Assembly (NCBI RefSeq): GCF_009914755.1
Contig: NC_060938.1
Strand: one strand, 5' to 3'
From: the human T2T-CHM13v2.0 reference genome, Homo sapiens
DNA length: 64,000 bases
Every line of letters starts with the position of its first letter. Position 1 is the first letter of the stretch. This document shows, piece after piece, positions 44,753 through 64,000 of this stretch. The notes beneath the pieces were generated by a model. The model worked only from the letters and a program-made list of their open reading frames with translations. It did no database searches and was not told the origin of the DNA. Position numbers and translations under genes: made by a program.

Positions 44753-45175
44753 TTTTATTTTAGGTTTGGGGGTACATGTGCAGATTTGTTAATATGGGTA
44801 AATTGTATGTCGTGAGGTTTGGGTATACAGATTATTTTGTCACCCAGGTAATAAGCATAGTACTCAACAGGAAGTTTTTCAATTCTCACCCTCCTTCCAC
44901 CCTTCAAACTGAAGTAGGCCCCAGTGTTTCTTGTTCCTTTGTTTCCATGTGTACCCCATGTTTCACTCCCACTTACAAGAGAGAGCATGTGGTATTTGGT
45001 TTTCTGCTTCTGCATTAATTCACTTAGGACGTGTGTTAATTCACATAGGACGATGGCCTCCAGCTCTATCCATGTTAGTGCAAAGGACATGATCTCCTTT
45101 GTTTTCATGGCTGCATAGTATTCCATGGTGTTTATATGCCACATTTTCTTTATCCAGTCCACCACTAATGGGCAT
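44753..45175 (-). mobile_element. L1PB-like 3' end
   Basis: ORF2 C-terminus WIKKMWHINTMEYYAA on the - strand. Confidence 0.88.
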
Positions 45176-45562
45176 TGTGATGGTCAATACTGAGTGTCAA
45201 GTTTATTGGATTGAAGGATGCAAAGTATTGGTCCTGGGTGTGTCTGTGAGGGTGTTGCCAAAGGAGATTAACATTTCAGTCAGTGGGCTGCGAAAGGCAA
45301 ACCCACCCTCGATCTGGTTGGGCACCATCTAATCAGCTGCCAGTGTGGCCAGAATATAAAGCAGGCAGAAAAACGTGAAAACACTAGACTGGCTTAGCCT
45401 CCCAGCCTAAATCTTTCTCCCATACTGGATGCTCCTGCCCTTAAACATCAGACTCCAAGTTCTTTAGCTTTGGGACTCAGACTGGCTTCCTTGCTTCTTA
45501 GCTTGCAGATGGCCTATTGTGGGACCTTGTGATTGTGTGAGTTAATACTACTTAATAAACTC

Positions 45563-45606
<44 letters not shown>

Positions 45607-45910
45607 ATATATGGATGTATATATATATATGGATATATGGATATATATATATGGATATGTGGATATATGGATATATATATATGGATATATGGATATATAT
45701 ATACGGATATATGGATATATATATATGGATATATGGATATGTATATATATGGATATATGGATATGTATATATATGGATATATGGATATATATATGGATAT
45801 ATGGATATATATATGGATATATGGAGATATATATCTATATATATCCATATATATAGATATATATCTCTCTCCTGTTAGATCTGTCCCTCTGGAGAACTCT
45901 GATGAATACA
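45176..45910 (+). mobile_element. MLT2A LTR (5' LTR of HERV-L)
   Basis: tgtgatggt.aatactgagtgtcaa ... ctctggagaactctgatgaataca, directly followed by a PBS. Confidence 0.9.
45566..45866. repeat. Compound (TA)n / GG(AT)n microsatellite inside MLT2A
   Basis: About 300 bp of AT dinucleotides punctuated by GG. Confidence 0.95.
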
Positions 45911-45915
45911 GATTT

Positions 45916-45930
45916 TGGTACCAGGAGTGG
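45916..45930 (+). promoter_or_regulatory. Primer binding site for tRNA-Leu
   Basis: TGGTACCAGGAGTGG, complementary to the tRNA-Leu(TAA) 3' end, 5 nt after the LTR. Confidence 0.8.
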
Positions 45931-48792
45931 TTCTAGAGGAACAGAATATTAAGGATGGAGTTCTTTCACTGGTTTTAGGGTTTCTGGAGTTGGTTGCTTA
46001 ATATGATTAGACCCCATAATGGTAAGGATGCTACTTCTAGTAGTATGGAGAACACTGATAGTCCTTGGCATGAACTGTTTAGAGAGTTATGCAAAATAAA
46101 TGCATTTGACACCCCTGAGAGGCAAGGAGTTTAGTGACTCTATACATCATACCTTTGACTATATGTGGAGGACCAAGGAACATAATGAAGTTGGTTGGTT
46201 GCTCCTAAGTTCACTGGACAAAGTGATGAAAGAAAATGATGAACTCAGGGATTCTAACTGCCAGCTTCAGAAGCAGATCCTGAGCCTCAAATCTTCTAAG
46301 ATTGCCCTGAATGAGAGTCTTATCTCCTGTAGAGAAAGAGCTGAAATTGTAGAAAAACAGACACAAGCTCTTATCACGTGCATGGCTGACCTGCAATGAA
46401 AGGTGGATGCACAGCCTCACCAGGTGTCTACTGTTAAAGTGAGGTCATTGATTGGAAAAGAATGGGACCCTGCAACTTGGAATGGGGACATGTGGGAGGA
46501 CCGTGATGAAACTGGAGACACTGAGCTTGTAAACTCTGATGAACTTTTTTTTGCCAGAAGAAACAGCTTCCCCATTCCCAGTAGTGGCAACATCCCCTCC
46601 CTGATCCATGCTGCCATCAGCCTTTCCACCTTTGTCTGAGGAGATAAACCTTGTGCTGCTGCCTGAGGCAACAGTGATGGCCTCCCCTGAGTCAGTTGCC
46701 AGGCAAGATAATGTTGATTCTCCTTAGGAGCCACCCCCAACACCCTTGTCTACTTCTAGAACTATAACTAGACTAAAGTCCCAGCGGGCCCCTAGAGGTG
46801 AGGTTGAGAGTGTTACCCATGAAGAGGTGCACTACACTCAAAAGGAACTACTTGAGTTTTCTAATTTATGTAAGCAGAAATCTGGAGAACAGGCATGGGA
46901 ATGGATATTAAGGGTGTGGGATAATGGTGGAAGGAACATAGAGTTGGATCAGGCTGAATTTATTGATTTGGGCCAATAAATAGGGTTTCTGCATTTAATG
47001 TTGTAGCTTGGGTAGTTAAAAAAGGTTCTAATAGTTTATTTGCTTGGTTAGCTGAAATATGGATTAAAAGATGGCCCACTGCAAGTGAGCTGGAAATGCC
47101 TGATCTCCCTTGGTCTGATGTAGAGGAAGGGATCCAAAGGCTTAGGGAGATTGGTATGGTGGAGAGGATTAGTCACTTTAGACCTACTCATCCCAGCTGG
47201 GAGGGTCCGGAAGGTATACCCTTGACCAATGCTTTGCAAAACAGATTTATGAGGGCAGCACCTGCATCTTTGAAAAGCCCTGTAATTGCTCTTCTCTGTA
47301 TGTCAGATCTAACAGTGGGAACTGCAGTCACTCAACTACAGAATTTAAATAAAATGGGGATAATTAGATCCCATGGTGGCAGGGGCCAAGTGGCAGCACT
47401 CAACAATCAAAGGCAAGGTCAGCATAGCTACCATAATGGACAGCAGAGGCAAAGCAACAATTAGAATAGTCTGACTCGTGTAGAGCTCTGGCATTGGCTA
47501 AGTACATTGTTCCTAGAAGTGAAATTGATAGGAAGCCTACTGCATTCCTACTTAATTTATATAAGCAGAAAACTTCCAGGTCAAATGGACAAAAGGCTAA
47601 TTTGAATTATAAAAAGAGAGAATCATGTCCCCTCAATTAATTTCCAGACGAGCCACTTTACAGACCCAGAACCCCTTGAATGAAGGGGAGGCCGGGTCTC
47701 TTTGAGGAAGGACCCCACTACACTACCAACAATTTCTGCTGTTCATCTTTTTCCCATCCTTCCCCACGGAGACATCCAGCCTTTTACCAGGGTAACTGTG
47801 CACTGGGGAAAGGGAAATGATCAGACATTTTGGGGATTACTGGATACCGGATCTGAGCTGATGTTGATTCCAGGGGACTCAAAACATCATTGTGGTCCTC
47901 CAGTTAAAGTAGGGACTTATGGAGGTAAGGTAATTAATGGAGTGTTAGCTCAGGTCAAACTTACAGTGGGTCCAGTGGGTCCCTGGTCTCATCCTGTGGT
48001 CATTTCCCCAGTGCTAGAATGCATAATTGGCATTAACATACTTAGCAGCTTGCAGAACCCCCACATTGGCTCCCTGACTGGTAGGATGAGGGCTATTATG
48101 GTGGTAAGGGCTGAATAGAAACCATTAGAGCTGCCTCTACCTAGGAAAATAGTAAATAAAAAACAATATCGCATCCCTGGAGGGATTGTGGAAATTAGTG
48201 CCACCATCAAGGATTTGAAATATACAGAGGTGGTGATTCCCTTCACATCCCCAGTCAACTCATTTGGCCTGTGCAGAAGACAGATGGATCTTGGAGAATG
48301 ACCGTGGATTATCGTAAGTTTAACCAAGTGGTGACTCCAATGGCAGCTCTGTACCAGATGCGGTTTCATTGCTTGAGCAAATTAACACATTTCCTGGTAC
48401 CTGGTATGCAGCCATTGACTTGGCAAATGCCTTTTTCTCCATTCCTGTCCATGAGGCCCACCAGAAGCAATTTGCCTTCACTACCTCAGGGGTATATCAA
48501 CTTTCCAGCTTTGTGTCATAATCTTATTCGGAGAGAACTTGATTTCTTTTTGCTTCTACAAGATATCACACTGGTCCATTACATTGATGACATTCTGCTG
48601 ATTGGATCCAGTGAGCAAGAAGTAGTAAACACACTGGACTTATTGGTGAGACATTTGTGTTCCAGAGAATAAATTTGACTGAAATTCAGGGAACTTCTAC
48701 CTCAGTAAAATTTTTAGGGGTCCAGTGGTGTGGGGCCTGTCAAGATATTCCTTGTAAGGTGAAGGGTAAGTTGCTGCATTTGGCCTCTTCTA

Positions 48793-49140
<348 letters not shown>

Positions 49141-49221
49141 GAGGCACAACGCCTAGCAGGCCTGTTTGGATTTTGTAGGCAACACATTCCTCATTTGGGT
49201 GTGTTACTCCGGCCCATTTAT

Positions 49222-49411
49222 TGAGACCCTATCTCTATTAAAAAAAATTAGCTGGGCATGGTGGCCTGTGGTCTTAGTTACCTGGGAGGCTGAGGTGGGA
49301 GGATTGCTTGAGCCCAGGACATTAAGGCTGCATTGTTCCATGTTTGAACTACAGCACTACAGCCTGGGCGACACAGTGAGACACTATCTCAAAAAAAAAA
49401 AAAAGAAAGAA
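49222..49411 (+). mobile_element. 5'-truncated Alu (right arm) at the HERV-L/L1 junction
   Basis: Starts at gagaccctatctcta. Confidence 0.85.
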
Positions 49412-51988
<2,577 letters not shown>

Positions 51989-52828
51989 TAGTTGAAGTAT
52001 AACACAGGTATACAAGTTCTAAGTGTATGGCTGAATGAATTTCACAAAGTTAGTATACCCATGCAACCAGCTCCCAGAGCAAGAAACAGAACATTACCAA
52101 GACCCAAAAAGACCTTCTTGTGCCCTCTTCTATTCATTAGCCCCCTAAAGATAACCCCAATCATGACTTCTAACAGCATAGATTAGTTTTGCCTGTTTGA
52201 ACTTTAATATAAATATAGTGCTATAGAGTGTACTATTACCTCTGACTTGCTTTGCTCAATGTTATATATGTGAGATTTATCCATATTGTAGTTTAGGTTT
52301 TATTTTAATTTATTGTAGGTGGAGAGATTAGATCAAGAAGGTGGCACATATGTTCCACCTCCAAACAAATCTGGAGAAAAACATAGCTCAGTAGTCACAG
52401 TAGAAGGGTGTTTTAGATGTGGGAAATTCCAGGCTCAGTTTCAACATATACAAGGAATAGAAAAGGGGCCTGGGATAATCGTCAGTGGGATTGTTAAGGG
52501 AACTATACTTAGCTATTTAGCATGTCAAACCCTCTCCCATCTCAGTTTGTGGCACTGGCTTAAAAAAATAACTTTATTGAGATATAATTTACATATCATT
52601 CAATTCACTAGCATTGGCTTATTGACTAATGTTGTAAATGTGGATACTGGGGCCTAAAGGTCCTGGGATTTTTTTCCAGGTAGATGCTACTGCCCTTTAG
52701 AAAAAAATGGAAAGCTTTTACAACTATAATAGGTGCCACATGTCCTGCCCCTCCTCCTATATTTACCAGAATCAGGTCACAGTAAAAATAAACAGAAGGA
52801 CAGAAATTCTCAAGTACAGAAGTGCTCA

Positions 52829-53286
<458 letters not shown>

Positions 53287-53289
53287 TCA

Positions 53290-54060
53290 GACTACCAAAT
53301 TTCACCAAATACTTGAGGAAAATCAATACCATAAAAAAGAAGTACCAAACTCAAGAAATAGAACTAATACTGAGAACTCAGAGTTAACATGGCAAGCAGA
53401 GAACGATTTTTAAAGCAAACATATTCTCATAGATTTGACAATGGAACATCCTTGACTATGAAGCAGAGATCTTGAATATTAAAAATATAATTATTAAGAT
53501 GAAGAACTCAACATCTGCGCTAAATATCAGAGTGATACAGTCAAAGATCAAATTAGCTGCCAGAGTAAGCTGTGAAAGTCTTTAAGAGCATAGAGAAAAG
53601 ACGAAGGAATTAGAAACAGTGAGAAAAAAGGGCACATGGAATATAGATTCAGGAATTTAATATCTGTCTAATAGGAATTTCAGATAGAGAAAATGGAAGG
53701 GAGGAAATAAAGGAGTCAAATAAAAGTTTCCCAGAGCTGGAAATGATAAAAGGCCTCAGATTGAAACAATCCGTCAACTGGAAGTAGAATAAATTATAAA
53801 AAGCCTACACCTAAATACATTCTGGTGAAATTTGAGAAGACAAAGGATAATGAGAAAATTCCAAAAGCTTTCAGACAGAAAAAAAGAGGTTGTCTACAAA
53901 GCAGTAATCACATCTTTTATTGTAGCACAATCTTTGCAGGCAATGAAACAACACTTTCAAAGATAGAAAAGAAAATGATTTTTTAACCAATTAGAATACT
54001 ATACCTACCCAAAGTAACATTTAGGTGGGAGGGCAAACTAAAGATGTGCAAGGCCTTAAG
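53290..54060 (+). mobile_element. Decayed L1 ORF1/HAL1-like sequence
   Basis: A-rich; tttcccagagctg...cagattgaaa...acacctaaatacattctggtgaaattt motif. Confidence 0.6.
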
Positions 54061-54436
54061 GTTTCCCACGTGAGGTATTTCAGGTGGATTGTGGGTTGTA
54101 GAAAATGTTCCTTCCCTTCCTTGTCTGAGCAAAGATTTTTTAAAATTTATGATTTAACTAACTAAGGATATAAATGTTATCACAAATGAGTTGGTTACAC
54201 AGAGCAGATCCGAAACAGTATCTGTTCAGTGCATCTTTCCATGGCTCTCAGGTTCTTAATGGGATGTATCATTGCTGGAGATGATGTCCAGCCAGAGCAG
54301 GGTCCTATGGATGTGGGAAAACTCAAGTCTTGCTAAGCTTTTATTATTTTATATATTTAGGGTTGAGGCGACCATTCAGAAATAACTTAATCCATGTGTT
54401 TCCATTAGTGTAAGCAAATACTAAGTTCTCTTGATT

Positions 54437-54789
<353 letters not shown>

Positions 54790-56353
54790 TAGGACTCTTG
54801 ATTCTTAACCAAAAGACAGTATTACCAAGGACACATCCTCTGAGTAGAAAAAGCAGTTGATTCCCAGTGTTCCTGAGCCTCTTGTTTCACAGACATCTAT
54901 TTTTTTCCCACAGCCCTCATCTCCTGCTCTTATCTGGGAGGCTTTCATACTGACTTTGATTTGAAGACATTGTAAATCCAGTTCTCCATTTCTTTCCTAT
55001 TAAATAGTGATTAGAGGCTTCATTCCTGCAAAACAAATCTATTATCACATAGGAAGCAAAAATAAAAATAATAAAATAGTAAAAAAAGAAATCTAAGGAC
55101 GAGGAAGAAATGGGTACAGGAAATAGTGGTGAAGAATGCCAGTCAAACAAAATAGTTAAGTCCAAGTAATAGTTGATTCATTAAGTCAAACAATTTAATA
55201 ATCCAGAACTGAACCCTCAGATGGTAGAACATGTGTCGTGGTAAAAGTGGATGGTAGCCAGCAGGGAAGGCTATAAATACTGATACTGATGGAGATACTT
55301 TTGGCCAATGAAATTGTGTTCCTTTATCAATGCTGTGTGAGAAAAGAAAAAAAAGGGTATTCCTTCAAAATTTAAGGTTAACTATAAGAAGCAGGGAAAT
55401 AGGCTGGATATTTTCCAAACCATTAGAGTAAAAACATGGAAAAGAAAATGAATCCAAAATGAAAAGGCAGAAAAGTTAGAGTAGCAACAATAGGTATGGT
55501 AAATTGAAAAAATAGGAAAAATAACATAAGAGGGTAGGAATAAATTTTAAAAGATTAGTAATCACAACAAATGTGTTGACTCCCTGTGTTAGTCCCTTGT
55601 CTTGGGAAGCCCATCTATCTTGAGCAGTGTTAAGGGCAGGTAGACCAATCTAGGCAATAGGCTTCCTAATTTACTCTCTTCATCTCTGACTTGAGAAAAA
55701 GTGACCATTTGCCTTCCCGTAGTCCATGATTTCTTCTATGGATGGAAATAGTTGGAATAGAGAAGAAGTCAATATGGACACAATAGCTGCATGATTGATT
55801 ACAATGACCTGATCAGAGTCAATGTGAGAGGAAACAGGAACACAGCATCCCAGTGACACAGGATTGAATTTACACATTTATGTAAAATTCAAAACTCACT
55901 CCTTAATCTTTGTTCCTATTTGACCCTTTCTCAGAGTGATTCTGCTATATGACTTATCCTGGGACCTTTAGTTAGGCCTGTTCTTCCAGTTTTGTTCATT
56001 TTGCAGTCATTGCATGAATTAGATATTGCCTTCTCATTGTTTTTCATTTTTCTTTGATTATTTTGATTAGTTTCATTTATATCTGGATTCTACTGAAGGA
56101 TAAGTGTTTCTAAAACACTGAGACTTATTTTACTTGCTATCAAAATTTTAACAAGTTAAATTCACCTATTAGAATGTTCAGATTTTTAAAAATCTAAAGA
56201 TATGTTTACTAGAGACAACACCCCTCTAAAAAAGTTTAAAATAAAGGGATGGATCTTCTGCAAAAGATGATGGGGAGTGGGGAGAAGGCATTTTTACTCT
56301 CTTCTTCTTTGACAATAAAATGACAAAAATGAAAATGTAGAGAAAAAATGCCA

Positions 56354-56713
<360 letters not shown>

Positions 56714-57218
56714 TAGCAAATATTGTAAACAAGTGAACCTGAAACAAAGACTGAAAGCTGACTGTCTCCTTATTCCTTGAGCAGAATCCAGATTTCACCA
56801 AAAGTTCTTAAAGGCATTCAATGTTTATTTATGGGTGCTTGGATGAGGTCACTGGAGAAGACAAATGCCCTTTAGAAAACTTCTTTATTGCAGGGGTTTG
56901 AGTTTACTTGTCATTTCTATGATATATTCTCCTAGTCAACAACTGCAAGAGGTGAAGTAAGGTGGAGGAAGACGAGGCAATGATTGCTAAATCACAACAC
57001 AACATACATTAACCCAAAGGGTGTTGTTGTGAGCTTTGGTGCAAAAAACTGGTAGTAGTAAAGGAAATACATTAGGTAGGAATGTGTTCCAGACAATAAA
57101 CTTGTGTGAAATTCTTCGACTTGATTCCCCTTCTACTTATACTGTTCTTCAACATATTCCTGGCCCAATTCAAAGACTAGACTGTGCCTAAAAACATTTT
57201 TACAAATTGTAGTATAGA

Positions 57219-61812
<4,594 letters not shown>

Positions 61813-62892
61813 CCTTAGTTGCATCCACATGGTGCTAATTCTGCAGGCTTGAAAAAATCAAAAGCGGTGGAGGCTTGGCACCCTCCACCCAGATTTCAAA
61901 AGATGTCACTGAAAACCTGGGGCCCCAAGCATAGACTTGTCACAGGTATGGTGCTACCACAGAGAGCCCCACTAGAGCAATGCTGAGCAGAAATGTGGGT
62001 CTGGGGCTGCGGCAGAAAGTTCCCACCAGGGTAATGCCTAAGTGGAACTGTGGAAGCAGGACCGCTTCCAGGACCCTGGAACTATGGAGTCACCGGCAAC
62101 ATGCAACATCCACCTGGGAAAGTTTCAGGCACTGGACTTCAATCCATACAAGCAGCTATGTGGGTTGCACCCAGCAAAGCCATAGGGGTAGAGTTACCTG
62201 AGGCATTGGGGGCTCAACCTTGCCCCAGTGTGTTCAGTAGGTAGAACATGGAGTCAAAAGCAATTATTCTTCAGCTTTAAGGTTTAATGTTTACCCTGCT
62301 GGGTTTCCGACTTGCTTGGGGCCTGATACTCTTTTCTTTGCCTACTTTTCTCTTTTGGAATGCAAATGTCTGTCTTATTCCTGTACCACCATTGTAGCGT
62401 TCTTTCTTTCTTTTTTAAAGTCACTTTTTTTGAGACAGGGCCTCACTTTGTCACTTAGGAAGGCGTACAATGGCATGATCATGGCTCACTGCAGTCTTGA
62501 CCTCCTGGGCTCAAGCGATCCTCCCACCTCAGCCTCCTGAGTAGCTGGGATTACAGTTGAGTGCCACCACAACTGGCTAATTTTTAAAAAATATTATTTT
62601 TTATAGAGACAGGGTCTAACTACGTTATGCAAGCTGGTCTCAAACTCCTGGGTTCAAGTGATCCTTCTGCCTTGGCCTTCCAAAGTGATGGGATTACGGG
62701 TGTGAGCCACCATACTCGGCCTCCATTGTATCTTGAAAGTAGAAAAGTTGCTTTAATTTCACATGCTCACAGATGAGACTTTGGACTTTGGAGTTTTGAG
62801 TTGGTGTTGGAGTTAAAGCTTTGGGGCTATGGAGAAGGAATGAATGTATTTGTATATGAAAAGGACATGAGTTTTGGGGGGTCAGGGGTGGA
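61813..62892 (+). mobile_element. MaLR internal 3' part with AluJ (62400-62721, -)
   Basis: MST-int-like sequence ending in purine-rich gggtcaggggtggaa before the LTR. Confidence 0.8.
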
Positions 62893-64000
62893 ATGCTATG
62901 ACTTAGATATTTTTTCCCTCCAAAACTCATGTTGCAATTTAATTCCCATTGTGGGAATATTGAGAAGTGAGTCCTTTAAGAGATGGTTGAGGCTGGGTGC
63001 AGTGGCTGACACTTTGGGATGCTAAGGCAGGAGGATCAGTTGAGTCCAGGAGTTAAATACCAGCCTGGGCAACATTGCAAAACCCTGTCTCTACAAAGAA
63101 TACAAAAATTAGCGGGTCATGGTGGTGGTGCCTGTAGTCCCAGCTACTCAGGAGGCTGAGGTAGGAGGATCACCTGAGCCCAAGAGGTCAAGGCTGCAGT
63201 GAGCTGTGATTGCACTGCTGCACTCCAGCCTGAGTGACAGAGTAAGACCCTGTCTCAAAAACAAATTTAAAAAGGTGATTGAGTCATTGGGCTTCTGCCT
63301 TCATGTATGGATTAATCCACCCATGGATTAGTAGATTAATGGGTTAATGGATTAATAGGTGTATTAGTCCATTCTCACATTGCTGTAAAGAAATACCTGA
63401 GACTGGGTAATTTATAAAGAAAAGAGGTTTAATTGGCTCACAGTTCTGCAGGCTGTACAGGAAGCAAAGTGGCTTCTGCTTCTGGGGAGGCCTCAGGAAA
63501 CTTCCAGTCATGGTGGAAGGCAAAGGGGGAGCAAGACATCTCATATGGTGGGAGCAGGAGCAAGAGAGAGTGGGGAGGTGCTGCATACTTCTAAATGACC
63601 AGATGTCATGAGAGCTCTATCACGGGAACAGCACCAAGGGGATGGCACTAAACCATTCATGACGGATTACCCCCATGATCCAATCATCTCCCACCAGGCA
63701 CCACCTTCAACATTGGGGATTACAATTTGACATGAGATTTGGGCGGGAATACAGATCAAACCATATCAATGAGTCATCGGGAGTGGGACTGGTGGCCTTA
63801 TAAAAAGAGGAAGCGAGACCTGAGCTAGCATGCTTAGGCCCTTCACCACGTGATTCCCTGTGCCACCTTGGGACTCTGCAGAAAGTCCCCACCAGCAAGA
63901 AGGCTCTCACCAGTTGTGACCTTTTGACCTGGGGCTTCTCAGCCTCCATAACTGTAAGAAATAAATTTCTTTTCTTATAAATTAGCCAGTTTGAGGTATT
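62893..64000 (+). mobile_element. MST-family LTR interrupted by AluJ (62991-63273) and an inverted MSTA LTR (63360-63768)
   Basis: tgctatg... start; inner tgtattagtccattctcac...caaaccatatca. Confidence 0.8.

Noticed and set aside
45533-45936. Ile/Tyr-rich ORFs
   Set aside because: Translations of the AT/GG microsatellite.
52319-52657. 112-aa GTG-start ORF preceded by a possible acceptor
   Set aside because: No recognisable homology and no convincing donor; lies among decayed repeats.
54895-54980. Strong plus-strand acceptor ttttttcccacag at 54913
   Set aside because: No good matching donor within normal exon distance.

Overview
Primate, almost certainly human, genomic DNA that is mostly intronic and very repeat-dense. 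The only complete protein-coding gene is COX8C (+ strand, two exons 35142-35267 and 35900-35992, 72 aa). I recognised it by translating the spliced sequence; the ORF track misses it because it is spliced. From recalled synteny at 14q32.12 (not checked against a database), the CpG island at about 20.2-21.4 kb is the bidirectional promoter of BTBD7 (- strand, non-coding exon 1, intron 1 running to the left edge) and UNC79 (+ strand, non-coding first exon, intron running to the right edge and containing COX8C). The rest is about 43 Alu elements or fragments, L1/L2/MIR, DNA transposons, several solo LTRs, MaLR pieces and a truncated MLT2A/HERV-L provirus. I see no convincing new multi-gene system. 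The strongest leads are: (1) a 2.5-kb TSD-flanked, A-tailed retrocopy of an LTR12-initiated RNA next to COX8C; (2) a strong-Kozak poly-glycine (GGC) uORF in BTBD7 exon 1; (3) a 40-bp micro-retroinsertion that creates the acceptor of a 180-nt candidate UNC79 exon; (4) a minisatellite, CTCF site and NRF1 site forming the COX8C promoter; (5) a sense-oriented MLT2A LTR with an intact splice donor. Repeat subfamily names come from remembered consensus sequences, and repeat boundaries are approximate.
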